Shown piece after piece: positions 37,202-48,425 of a stretch of DNA of 64,000 nt (position 1 is the stretch's first letter; each line of letters starts with the position of its first letter). A model generated the notes under the pieces. It was not told the DNA's origin. It saw only the letters and a program-made list of their open reading frames with translations, and did no database searches. The stretch lies in the NCBI RefSeq assembly GCF_028641065.1, contig NC_073393.1, positions 36,146,001 to 36,210,000 of the forward strand. The letters run 5' to 3'. The position numbers and the translations under genes are program-made. The stretch is from Leucoraja erinacea (taxonomy: Eukaryota).

Positions 37202-39011
37202 TGGGCCTGTCCCACTTACACAACTTTTTAGGCATCTAAAGGATACTTGGAGGTTGCCACAAGTAGCAATGTTACAAAATTTTGAGATTTGAAAAATCAA
37301 GTCTGCAATTTATCCCATCAGATAAAGCATAAAAATAAGTTTAATATGACACCTAATTCACTTTCATATCTTCAGTATTAAAAAAGTTATGGCCATTTTC
37401 ACACTCGGAAATTAGCATCTTGTTCCCTATTGATTTTCCATTGATTTAACACAAAAGCTGTGATCGAGGACAAAAGCCCATAACTTTATTAAAAATTAAG
37501 AGAACTGAAAGAAATTTTCAGTTATTATAGATTGAAGCATTTTGAAACAAATATTAAACAATTTTATTTGGATGACCTGAAATTAAAGCATATAATTAGT
37601 TAGCTACCCAATTGTAGCTAATTCCAAAATTCAATTACTAGATCTAAACATCTATCCATTTCTTAAGGAAAGATTAACATTTTTAAATAGCCCAAGTGTC
37701 CAAAGAACATTCACAAAGAATTCACAATAAAATGTTTTTTAAATCTTATTGACATTAATTTATAGGCCAAATGGAAGGAAATTAGTGTTCAATTGCTGTA
37801 AATTAATGGCCTTTTAAATCAGCTTTCGAGTGGGATCTTGTGGAACGCGATGGTTTAGAACGTTCCCATTGCGGTGAATTTGTACCCCATATGCCCAGAA
37901 AAATACTGCGGGATTTAATGGGCCCCCAAATCAGCTACTCGCAACATAAAATTTTGTATAAAGGGATCTTAAGTAGCCCTTTTTAATGTAAAAATAAACA
38001 GCCTACCTTGCGTTGTCCCCTACATGAGATCCGTCCCATTGGCAGCGGTCACGGGTTTAGAGGATGATATTTAACCTACTATAACAATTAAATAAACCAA
38101 TTTAGTTTAAAATAACTGCAGTGGACGAACCTCGCAGCGATTTTTCGTCATGAACTAAGTAGGCCGAACAACCTAGATTTCACCAGCCTAGAGAAAATCG
38201 CATTTTAAACCCGCCCCCCCTCTCAAAGGCGCCAAAGTCGCGCACACGGGCAGAGACAGATCTGCAGCGCCGCTGAAGGTAGGTTTTGCAACATACCTAC
38301 CACAAGGTCGCCACGTGTTCGCCAGAGGTTGCCCGGGAGTCGCCTGCATGGTGGAGAGTAGTCCCCGCAATCTCGTAACTAGTCGCAGCTTCATTCTGGT
38401 CGCTGCTAATTTTTCAATTTTTTGTTGAAAAATTAGCGGCGACCAGAATTTTGACGTCATGGAGAGTAGTGAGAATTCCCGTGACGTAGCTGCAGTGGTA
38501 GTGGGTTGCCAGGGGATGAAAGGTTGTCATAGTTTTTCATAGGTTGTTGCCGATGCTGACCGGAGTATTTTATTGACTCATTGGGAAAAAAATCGTAAAC
38601 AGTAGTTTTCAGAACCAAGGATAACCGACCCATAATGTTAATGTCCGCCGAGCTTCACAGCCGTGTATTTCTGGCTTCTTAAAAGTTGTCTCCACTACTT
38701 CTCCCCACCCCGTCTTTCCCTTCTCCTCCCTCTTGCCCCCCATTCCCCCTTCTTTTAAAGGACTTAAGTGCCCCTTCCCGTACACTGTGCTTTCACCGTC
38801 TTAATTACAGCGTCAACCTTCCTGTTCATCGCGGTGTGTATCTGTATCCCACTGGTTCTGCACCATGTGAATTTCACTTGGACAGCGCTCCTCCCACCTG
38901 CCCTGTTCCCCGCCTGCATAACTGACTGGTGAAGGAAGCGATGTGTGTATGTGTTCCACTCTGACAGTCGCCGGCAGTCGCCTGAACAATCGCCTAAGTG
39001 GGACAGGCCCA
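37202..39011. mobile_element. Non-autonomous PIF/Harbinger element
   Basis: TIR TGGGCCTGTCCCACTTA / TAAGTGGGACAGGCCCA; TTA TSD at 37199-37201 and 39012-39014. Confidence 0.9.
37264..38299. mobile_element. Non-autonomous TIR DNA transposon (hAT-like termini) nested in Harbinger
   Basis: Imperfect 16-bp TIR TAGCAATGTTACAAAA / TTTTGCAACATACCTA; CCACAAG at 37257-37263 and 38300-38306. Confidence 0.75.
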
Positions 39012-39120
39012 TTAACCTACAAACCTGTACATCTTTGGAGTGTGAGAAGAAACCAAAGATCTCAGAGAAAATCCATGCAGGTAACAGGGAGAACGTACAA
39101 ACAGGAGCAAATGAATAATA

Positions 39121-39259
39121 TTACTATAATATCAAGGAGGGGGTTAGTGTGTTTGTGGGGGCATCAGTGTGTGTGTGTGTGTCCCACACACACACACATA
39201 GTCCCCCCGGCAATCGCACGTTGAGGGGACGGGACCCGACGGGGCCCCCTCTGGTCTAG
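39121..39259 (+). mobile_element. Miniature Helitron-like element
   Basis: Ends GGGACCC-GAC-GGGGCCC hairpin, CTCTGGT, CTAG|T, like the 34387 terminus; 5' end approximate. Confidence 0.55.
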
Positions 39260-39284
39260 TACATACATATATATTACAGAATGG

Positions 39285-39466
39285 NNNNNNNNNNNNNNNN
39301 NNNNNNNNNNNNNNNNNNNNNNNNNNNNNNNNNNNNNNNNNNNNNNNNNNNNNNNNNNNNNNNNNNNNNNNNNNNNNNNNNNNNNNNNNNNNNNNNNNNN
39401 NNNNNNNNNNNNNNNNNNNNNNNNNNNNNNNNNNNNNNNNNNNNNNNNNNNNNNNNNNNNNNNNNN
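39285..39466. other. Assembly gap
   Basis: Run of N. Confidence 1.
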
Positions 39467-40335
39467 AAGGGCCTGGTTTCCATGCTGTAACTTTCAATGA
39501 AACATTATTCCAGGCCCATTTGAGGCAGAGGCAATGGCAACCCCAGCATAAGACAAAGAGACATTCTGAGGTCCAAATGGAATTTGTAGCCATTTTCTGT
39601 CAGAGTTACTCTAAAACTGCAGTCGGAATGTGCTGGAGCAGTCAAGTAATTTCATATCCTTGCATGTGTCCCTGAACAATACGGGAATAAAACCAAGTGA
39701 CTTCTAAGTGGGGGTACAAATGTTTCGCTAAATCATACATGATGTACTGTGGCAATAGCATTTAATTACAAAAAGATAAGAACATTGGCTTTGTTGATGA
39801 TGCTTGTACGGTATGGTTATGATGTCATTATAGTTCATTCCCCATTGCTATGCCAACCATGTAATAGTCTATGCCTGTTGCTAAGCTACTAACATAATAA
39901 AATCTTGCTTTTTTAACTTGCATAAAGGAGAAATGGCTGCAGTGAATGTAAATGGGAACTACGAATTTCTTTCTTTCTAGTTTGATTGTCAAAAACATTA
40001 CTTTTATATTAAAAATAGAAGTTTTAACTTGTTTCTTAGAATTAAACTAATTATTAACAAATATCCTCCACAGATTAATCTCCCAAATGAAATAATAGAC
40101 AAACAGGTCTCATCCAAGTGAACTGAGTTCATATTCAAATGTTTGAATAGACAAATTTCAAAGCAATTTTTTCTTCTGGTAGATCTTAATTTTTTTGTTA
40201 ATATTACTATTAAGGATCATAATGGCCAAATTCTACATGTAGTTGTCAGGAGCTTGGAGACTCCTTTGCAGATGTGGAATAACTGAAATTGTCAAGGTCC
40301 TTTCCAGTGATCTTCCAGCCACACACTGTCTAGTG

Positions 40336-41828
40336 CGTGTGCGGACGTGGCGCCGAGGGACGAGAGGCCGAAGCAAAGAAGTTGAAGCCAAAGAACCGAA
40401 TGGACCGAGGCTGAAACGCTAAGTACGAAGACGAAACGCCTACTAACCGAAAGGGTGGGATGTTTAAATGCAAACTTACCGAATGGCCGCTCTGTCGAAA
40501 CGCCACCTACCCGAAAGGAGGCGTCGCTTACAAGACAATGGACCGACTGCCGCTCAACAGAAAATTCCAATAACGGACATGACGTTGCCGGGGGGCGGGA
40601 TTTGTCAGCGATTGGTCCAGACCCCCACGTCCATCACATCACTGTGAAGGGATGAACATTGTCCCAAACCTCCGCTCCACCCGAGCCCATGGAGGGTGGC
40701 CGTGGGAGAGTGGGGGCTGTCCCGAGGGATGCGCACCTTCGGCCGCTTACAATACAATACAATACAATACGGTTTATTTGTCACATTGCACAAAAAGTGC
40801 AAATGAAATGATATGTCAGCAGCGATACAATGATAAAGAACACGCACAAAAACACAATAAAATTTTAACATAAACATCCACCACAGCATTCATCACTGTG
40901 GTGGAAGGCACACAATTTGGCCAGTCCTCCTCCATTTTCCCCCGTGGTCTGGACCTCAACCCTCCAGATGGTAAGGACAAGGTACAAGTCCAGGTAAGTT
41001 CAGAGTCGGCTCCTCCCCACCGGAGACCGCAGCTTTTAGTTGGTATAGGCCGGCGGCCGAAGATTTAAAGTTCCCTCCACGTCGCAGCCATAAGCACCGC
41101 AGTCTGCAGGGCCGGCGGTCGAAGCTCCCCTCCAGGGGTGATGTTAAGTCCATACCGGATCCGCGGTAGAAGTTGGCCGCGGGCCGGCGGTGGAAGCTTC
41201 TTCTTCCCCCCGGGTCCCCCACGAGGGATCCCGGGCTGTAGACGCCGCGCCAGCTGGAGCTGTGCAGACCGCGGCTTCAGGCTACCGTCTGCTGCAGGCC
41301 AACGGAACGGAGCGCTCCCCTCCAGCGAGCCCCAGCTCCGTGCTGACAGTCCACGCTGCACCCGCCGCCGGAGCCCCGAGCGCGTCTCCGGGAAAGGCCG
41401 CGCCGATCCTCGCTGTTAGGCCACGGGGGAGGCGACCTGGAAAAAGTCGCCTCTCCTTGGAGGAGGCGACTGAAACGGTTTCCCCCTCACCCCCCCCACA
41501 CCACCCCCCACACAAAACACACGAAGGAACATTAAAAACATACTTCAAAACATACCAAAAAAATAAAAAAAGTTGAAAAAACTAACGCGCTGCTGACAGG
41601 GCTGCCGCCAGTGCAGCGCCCCCACCGCTTTCAACGGTGCTTGGGATCAGATTGCCCAGTGTGGGAAAAGGACCCTCACGCTCCCATCTCCCCCTTCTCT
41701 CTCCCCTCTGCTCTCTCTTCCTCCTTCCTCTTTCGGTTTATTGGCGGTTTGGCCTCGTTTCCATTCAGTTATTTCGCTTTGACTTCTTTGCTTCGGCTTC
41801 TCGTCCATCAGCGCCACATCCGGGCACC
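40336..41828. mobile_element. Non-autonomous DNA transposon with long imperfect TIRs and 8-bp TSD
   Basis: GTCTAGTG at 40328-40335 and 41829-41836; ~90-bp inverted termini containing GCCGAAGCAAAGAAGT. Confidence 0.75.
40749..41624 (-). mobile_element. GC-rich Rex1-tailed non-autonomous retroelement (copy G)
   Basis: (CAATA)n tail; CCGCTT duplicated at 40743-40748 and 41625-41630; colinear with copy E. Confidence 0.8.
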
Positions 41829-41911
41829 GTCTAGTGACCAGTGCCCATTTCTGCAGGTTCTCAGCAGTTATACCGGAAATATATACCCAGTGATCATAGG
41901 CCTGGCGAGAA

Positions 41912-42025
41912 ACAAGGAACTACAGATGCTGGTTTATGAAAGAAAAAGGCTCAAAGTGCTAGAGTAACTCCGTGGGTCAGGCAGCATCCCTGGAAAACAT
42001 GGACAGGTGATGTTTTGGGTCAGGC
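41912..42025 (-). mobile_element. Penelope-like pLTR
   Basis: GGAACTACAGATGCTGG...GGTGATGTTTTGGGTC. Confidence 0.7.
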
Positions 42026-42221
42026 ATGGCTAAATTTGGTACTCCATTCATTTCAATGGAAAATAGAGAAATAAGTTTCAAGTTACTTACTTGCTTTCCA
42101 TTAATTTTAAAATATTCAGATGTTTTTGAATATTCCCAATGCTTTTAAGTGTTATCATTTTTAACATTTTAATCATTTCAACGGTTTTTGAAACAATTTA
42201 ATTTTTAACAATCTTTGACAT

Positions 42222-42500
42222 TGGCACAGCTGGTAGAGCTGCTGCCTCACAGAGCCAGAGGCCTGAGTTTGATCCTGACTTTGGGTGCTGTGTGGAGCTT
42301 GCACTTTTGCCTTGTGACTGCTTGGGTGGCTGGGTGCTCTGGTATTCTCCCACATCTCGAAGATGTGTGGGTTTGTATGTCAATTGCCCTGCGTGTAGGG
42401 AGTGGATATGAAAGTGGAACAACATGGAACTAGTGTGAACGAGTGAGCGATGGGTGGCACGGACTCGATGGGCCAAAGGGCCTGTTTCAATGCTGTATCT
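42222..42500 (+). mobile_element. HE1-type SINE
   Basis: TGGCACAGCTGG A box, GAGTTTGATCC B box, AAGGGCCTGTTTC tail. Confidence 0.85.
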
Positions 42501-42720
42501 CCCTCTCCTTCTTTCTCTAATTCAAACTTGTGGACTGCTTTGTTATTGGTTCAGCCTACTGACTGTCAAGGCATTTCTGTGGGATTTCCATTCAGGAGGT
42601 TCAAGGTAGTTTGTGAACAAAATTGCAATTGAAGGGTCTTCTCCAGGAGAGCGCACACCCAGTAGCTCGGGGAAGACTGATGAGAAATCCACAAAATGGA
42701 AATTATGGGCCAATCAACAT

Positions 42721-43210
42721 CAGAGGGTCCAGAGGAGGTTTACAAGAATGATCCCAGGAATGGGCAGGTTAACCGATGATGAGCTTTGGTCAGCACTGGG
42801 CCTGTGCTCGCTGGAGTTTATAAGAATGGTGAGGGGTCTCATTGAAACTTACAGAATAGTGAAAGACTTGGACAGAGTGCGTGTGGAGAGGGTGTTTCCA
42901 CTAGTGGGTGAGTCTAGGACTAGGGGACATAGCCTGAGAATTAAAGGACATTCTTTTAGGAAGGAGATGAGGAGAAATGTCTTTAGTGTGGTGAATCTGT
43001 GGAATTCTTTGCCACAGAAGGCTGTGGCAGTCAAGTCAGTGGATATTTTTAAGGTTGAGATAGATAGATTCTTGATTAGTACAGGTGTGAGAGGTTATGG
43101 GGAGAAGGCAGGAGAATGGGGTTAGGTGGGAGAGATAGATCAGCCATTATTGAATGGCAGATTTGATGGGCTGAATGGCCTATTTCTACTCCTATCCCTT
43201 ATGACCTTAT
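42721..43210 (+). mobile_element. CR1/HER1 LINE 3' end
   Basis: VQRRFTRMIPGM...RTRGHSLRIKG...NLWNSLPQ. Confidence 0.9.
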
Positions 43211-43479
43211 CTTTCTCTACAATTCAGTGATGGCAAATATCAATTGTAACTTTGATTCTTTATCAATTAGAGATGAGTTATTACAACATTTTAATGACAG
43301 AAATGGGTTAGTGGCAATTCAATCAGTCTCTCTCTCATCTTTATTTTAAATAATAATTTTAAGTTCCAGTTTAAAAATTGTCTTTCACTGGACAATGGAG
43401 ATCTTTGAGGAATAATGCAAATAAACACTGTCGCCCTTGGCATTGAGATTTTTGCACAAGACAAAAGAAAAAGATTTCC

Positions 43480-43798
43480 TAGTTTATTTCAGTTTAGAGA
43501 TACAGCGTGGAAACAGGCCTTCAGCCCACCGAGTCTGCGCCGACTAGCAATCCCTGTTTCACTAGAACAAACTACACAATAGGGACAAATTCCAATTTTT
43601 ACTGAAGCCAATATACCTACAAACCTGCAAATCTTTGGAGTGTGGGAGGAAACCGGAGCAACCAGGCTAACCCCACAAGGTCACAAGGAGAATGTACATA
43701 CTCTGTACAGACAGCAGCCATAGTCAGGATTGAACCCGGATCTCTGGCGCTGTATGGCAGCACCTCTACTGCTATGCCACCGTGCCACCGTGCCACCC
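43480..43798 (-). mobile_element. HE1-type SINE, near full length
   Basis: Tail, V-domain and tRNA head all present. Confidence 0.85.
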
Positions 43799-43941
43799 TA
43801 ATTTCTAATTTGTTCAAATATGTTCAGTCCAAGAATAGTTTTGAATTTTTATTTGAATTTTTATCTGAACAGGTTTAGGGAAGTGCTTTAAATGATTTGA
43901 AAATAACAATAACATTTGGATATACCTTTATGAATAAAAAG

Positions 43942-44422
43942 GTCAGACTGTTTCCTGGGATGTCAGGACTGTCTTATGAAGAAAGACTGGATAGACTTGG
44001 TTTATACTCTCTAGAATTTAGAAGATTGAGAGGGGATCTTATAGAAACTTACAAAATTCTTAAGGGGTTGGACAGGCTAGATTCAGGAAGATTGTTCCTG
44101 ATGTTGGGGAAATCCAGGACAAGGGGTCACAGCTTAAGGATAAGGGGGAAATCCTTTAAAACCGAGATGAGGAGAACTTTTTTCACACAGAGAGTGGTGA
44201 ATCTCTGGAACTCTCTGCCACAGAGGGTAGTTGAGGCCAGTTCATTGGCTATATTTAAGAGGGAGTTAGATGTGGCCCTTGTGGCTAAGGGGATCAGGAG
44301 GTATGGAGAGAAGGCAGGTACGGGATACTGAGTTAGATGATCAGCCATGATCATATTGAATGGCGGTGCAGGCTCGAAGGGCCGAATGGCCTACTCCTGC
44401 ACCTAATTTCTATGTTTCTATG
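43942..44422 (+). mobile_element. Young CR1/HER1 LINE 3' end with open ORF2 frame
   Basis: LSYEERLDRLGLYSLEFRRLRGDLIETYKIL...; (TTTCTATG)2 tail. Confidence 0.92.
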
Positions 44423-44647
44423 TCATTAATTAATTGGTTGTTATTTAAAAGATAGATGGAGGTTTTCAATAAATCTAAGAAAATAAGGCATGAGGAAAAT
44501 TATTTGAGTACTTATTATCAATCATGATATCTTTAGTAAAAGTTTGAGATGCAGCATTTTAAAATCTGCCACATCTAAGTGGCTGGCATTCAGAGTCAGT
44601 GGGGAACAACACTGAGGGTGGGGCCAGGCCAACACTTTAGAGTTTAG

Positions 44648-44891
44648 ATGGTAGGAAAGAACTGCAGATGCTGGTTTAATTCGACGATAGACACAACATG
44701 CTGGAGTAACTCAGCGGGACAGGCAGAATCTTTGTAGAGAAGGAATGGGTGATGTTTCAGGTCAAGACTGTTCTTCAGACTGAAGAAGTCGGAATCAGAC
44801 TGAAGAAGGGTCTCGACCCAAAACAGCACCCGTTCCTTCTCTCCAGAGATGCCGCCTATCCCGTTGAGTTACTCCAGCATTTTGTGTCGTT
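44648..44891. mobile_element. Fold-back Penelope pLTR insertion with 13-bp TSD
   Basis: CTTTAGAGTTTAG at 44635-44647 and 44892-44904; inverted arms. Confidence 0.85.
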
Positions 44892-45397
44892 CTTTAGAGT
44901 TTAGTTTAGAGTTAAGAGGTACAGCGCGGTAACAGGCCCTTCAGTTCACCGAGTTTGCACCGACCAGCGATCCCCACACAGCTCTTGATGAACTGAATGT
45001 TATTACATGTGTCTAAAGCATTTAAATTCCTATTTCTAGAAATTGTTTTGCACTCCTTTGATTGGCATGCTAAACCAATGCAGTATATTATGCTATATCA
45101 CATTTAGTTTCCATGCAAAAACTGGTGAGTTTGATCTAAAAACAGTGAAAACCAGAAAGGTTTTGTGGGGCCCCAATCATCGAAGGTCATCAGCCCTTAA
45201 AGACACACTCCCCAGACCGGCTGGATGGTTACAAGGTAGGGACAAAATGGCTGTCAGGGACAGAGTTAGTTGCTCAAATAGCAGTAAACTAAAGAAGTCC
45301 TGTAGTCCTGGAGCAAGGTATTGAGGTAGGGTGGATGCCCTGCGTGCTGGGTAGAGGTTAGGCTGAGGGGCAAGGGATGGATGATAATGTTATTCAG

Positions 45398-45787
45398 GTC
45401 AGAGGGAGTTCCCCCGCTACGGGTACCATGTCATATTGTGCTACCTGTTCCATGGTCGGATAGTCGGCGACTAAGCCGTCTCTCCCACCTGGTTTGCCAG
45501 GTAAGGAGGAGGCTGTGGACCCCTAGCAGGATCAAAAACAAGACCTGTCAAAGGGCAGAGGAGCTTGTAGTGAGCCAACAACCATCCACACTTCAGTAGA
45601 AGTTGCGATCACTGTCGTACATAACATCGTAAGGAATGATGATAAAGCACACACACCAAAATCCTATACTTCCAGCGGCAGAAGTCCGCAGGAACTGGAG
45701 GACAGAGGTGTGTGGTGCGTCTGTCACCGATCCCATTGGAAACCAGCACCTTTGCATTGCTAATGTTTTCAACGATGATGATATGAT
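45398..45787 (+). mobile_element. Short RTE-like non-autonomous retroelement
   Basis: ATGATA(AT/GG)GTTATTCAG at 45381-45397 and 45788-45804; (GAT/ATATG)n tail; RTE-5'-UTR-like hairpins. Confidence 0.55.
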
Positions 45788-46295
45788 ATGATAGGGTTAT
45801 TCAGAGGCACGAATTGCCACAGTGTGAAGCAGTACGGGCAACATTCTCCTGGCATTTCAAATGCCATAAGGAGCACAGCTTCAATGTAGGCAAAACATTT
45901 TTCTGATCAATCACACACTCACACACACTCACACTCCAACTCACGCACACGTGCGCACACACTCTCTCACACTCACTCTCACTCTCTCGCACACTCTCAC
46001 ACTCACTTGCTAACGCATGTATTCCATCTAGATCCCCACAAGCTTCACCTTCATTTACACCAGTTATGTCCTCACCATATGACTATCATTCTACAATCTC
46101 CACCTGCACATGTAAATGTTAGACTACGAAGTAGACAACAGTAAGGTGGTTACTTAATGTGATTTCTGTCATTGTTTTAGGCAAAGGCCATTAAATGCAG
46201 TACAGAAGCCTCCTGCACAAACTGTGGACTCCCAAATTTAGTGCTCACATTGCTGGAAGGACCTCTAATGAATGGCTACCAAGTTCCAAACAAAT

Positions 46296-46830
46296 TCTGG
46301 TCAGACCGCATTTGGAGTATTGTGAGCAATTTTAGGCCCCATACCTGAGAAAGGATGTGCTGGCTCTGGAGAGGGCCCAGAGGAGGTTTACGAGAATTAT
46401 CCCAGGAATGAATGGGTTAACATATGATGAGCGTTTAGAGTTTAAAAGAATGAGGGGGCACCTCATTGAAACTTACCTAATAGTGAAAGGCTTGGATAGA
46501 GTGGATGTGGTGAGGATGTTTCCACTAGTGAGAGAGTCTAGGACTCAGAATAAAAGGACGTCCCTTTAGGAAGGGGATGAGGAGGAATTTCTTTAGTCAG
46601 AGGGCGGTGAATGCGTGGAATTCATTGCCACAGAAGGCTGTGGAGGCCTAGTCAAAGGATATTTTTAAGGCAGAGTGATAGATTCTTGATTAATATGGTT
46701 AGGGGTTATGAGGAGAAGGCAGGAGAATGGGATTGAGAGGGAGAGATAGATTAGCCTAGATTGAATGGCAGAGTAGACTTGATGGGCCAAATGGGCCTAA
46801 TTCTCCTCTTATCACTTATGAATTTATAAA
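46296..46830 (+). mobile_element. CR1/HER1 LINE 3' end
   Basis: LVRPHLEYC, LERAQRRFTRIIPGM. Confidence 0.88.
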
Positions 46831-47204
46831 CTATGAAATTCTGGTGACCCAGAATCTCCAGGTATGCTCATCACCAGTGTTTTATTCATGGAGATCTTTC
46901 TTGCATCCCCATTGATTTGATCAACAATAGCATCTGTGCCTGTGCATCACAATAAAAGTGTTTTGACTGCTGCTTAAAAATTGAATCATCTTGTCTTAAA
47001 TCCGTCCAGAATTTTGGGATATGTTCTGTGCTGTCCATATGTGGAGTAGATGCTGCATGGAGACAGGAAGAGGAGTGGGATAATGGTGATGAAGAGCATA
47101 GTGCATCATTGTATCCAACACCCCAGAGAACAGCCATTGGGACTGGGACAATCAAGGGTGGGCAGTCTAAGTTAGCAAGCTGGGTGTCACTGGGAGATGT
47201 TTAC

Positions 47205-47487
47205 TTCACAGATGCAGAGCGGAAACAGGACCTTCGGCCCACCGGGTCCGCGCCGACCAGTGATCCCCGCATATTAACAGTATCCTACACACACTGGGGA
47301 CAATTTTTTTTACATTTACCTGTACATCTTTGGAGTATGGGAGGAAACCGAAGATCTTGGAGAAAACCCACGCGGTCATGGGGAGAACGTACAAACTCCG
47401 TATAGACAGCACTCGTAGTCGGGATTGAACCTGGGTGTCAGGCGCAGCAAGTGTTGTAAGGCAGCAGCTATGCTGTGCCACCGTGCT
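47205..47487 (-). mobile_element. HE1-type SINE
   Basis: Same layout as the other copies. Confidence 0.85.
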
Positions 47488-48259
47488 AATGGAATTGCTA
47501 CCTGGATCTAGACTGAAGGAGTTATGTTGGGGAGTGGGATAGGGGATCGTCAGGAGTTGGTGGGAGATGTCCGCATATCCTTGCATTCCAGAAGCCCCTG
47601 ATAATGCCATCTGGGAACACAGAGGAAAACGTGAAGTTGTGGTAACAGCAACCTCAAAATCTGCAAAGGTTAAGTTAGTACAACTCAAAACATAAGTGGC
47701 ACTTGACAGGTTCGAGAAAAATTGGAGATATCAATTTGTGGCAAGCAAAATTTGAAAACATTTAACTAAAATGTTTTGTATTATTTATTATGAATGTAAT
47801 CAAAATATGTTAGCATATCTTTGAAAGTTATCCATATACTTTGATTGTAAATTGCAAGTTAACTGCAAGGTCAATAATGAAGATCTTAATTTAGAGGACT
47901 GCATTTTTAAACAATTTATTTATCAATGATAAAGCCATTTATTGTCCATCCAATTTTCCCTTGAGAAAATGGCGAGCCACCTTAATGATGAAATATTATT
48001 AGGATGGAAGTACCAGGATTGTGATCCAATGTTAATGGAATGGCAAAATATTTCATAATCAGGATGATGATAATGTTTAAATTATTGAATAGCATGGGAT
48101 TTTCTCCAGGATGTCCAGCTTCTTCAGCATGGTTGGGGCTGCATTCATTCAGGCATAGCAGTTTTCTTCTTCCCTTCCCTCTGCCCCATCTGGACTCGTA
48201 CCCATTTCTCTCTTTCCCCCTCCCCTTACATTCCCCATATATGTTCATTTCTCTGACGC

Positions 48260-48425
48260 TCACATAATCTATCCTTAGCGGACTGGAAGTGCCTTCAGAG
48301 AGTGGTGAGGACAGCGGAAAAAATCATTGGGACTTCTCTTCCTTCCATCATGGACATGGGGTACAAGCGCTGTCTGATTAGAGCTAAGGGCATTATCAGA
48401 GCCCCCACACACCCACAATTTGGAC
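48260..48425 (+). mobile_element. Internal Rex1 fragment between 18-bp direct repeats
   Basis: LQRVVRTAEKIIGTSLPSI...RAKGIIRAPTHP; TGTTCATTTCTCTGACGC at 48242-48259 and 48426-48443. Confidence 0.7.

Larger units (their letters stand above)
37057..39101 (-). mobile_element. HE1-type SINE split by nested DNA transposons
   Basis: SINE pieces 37057-37201 and 39012-39101 rejoin at AATTA|ACCTACAAACC. Confidence 0.8.

Noticed and set aside
41380-41430. Twister-like GCCTAACA in the GC-rich elements
   Set aside because: Could not build the twister pseudoknots or the conserved loop-4 sequence
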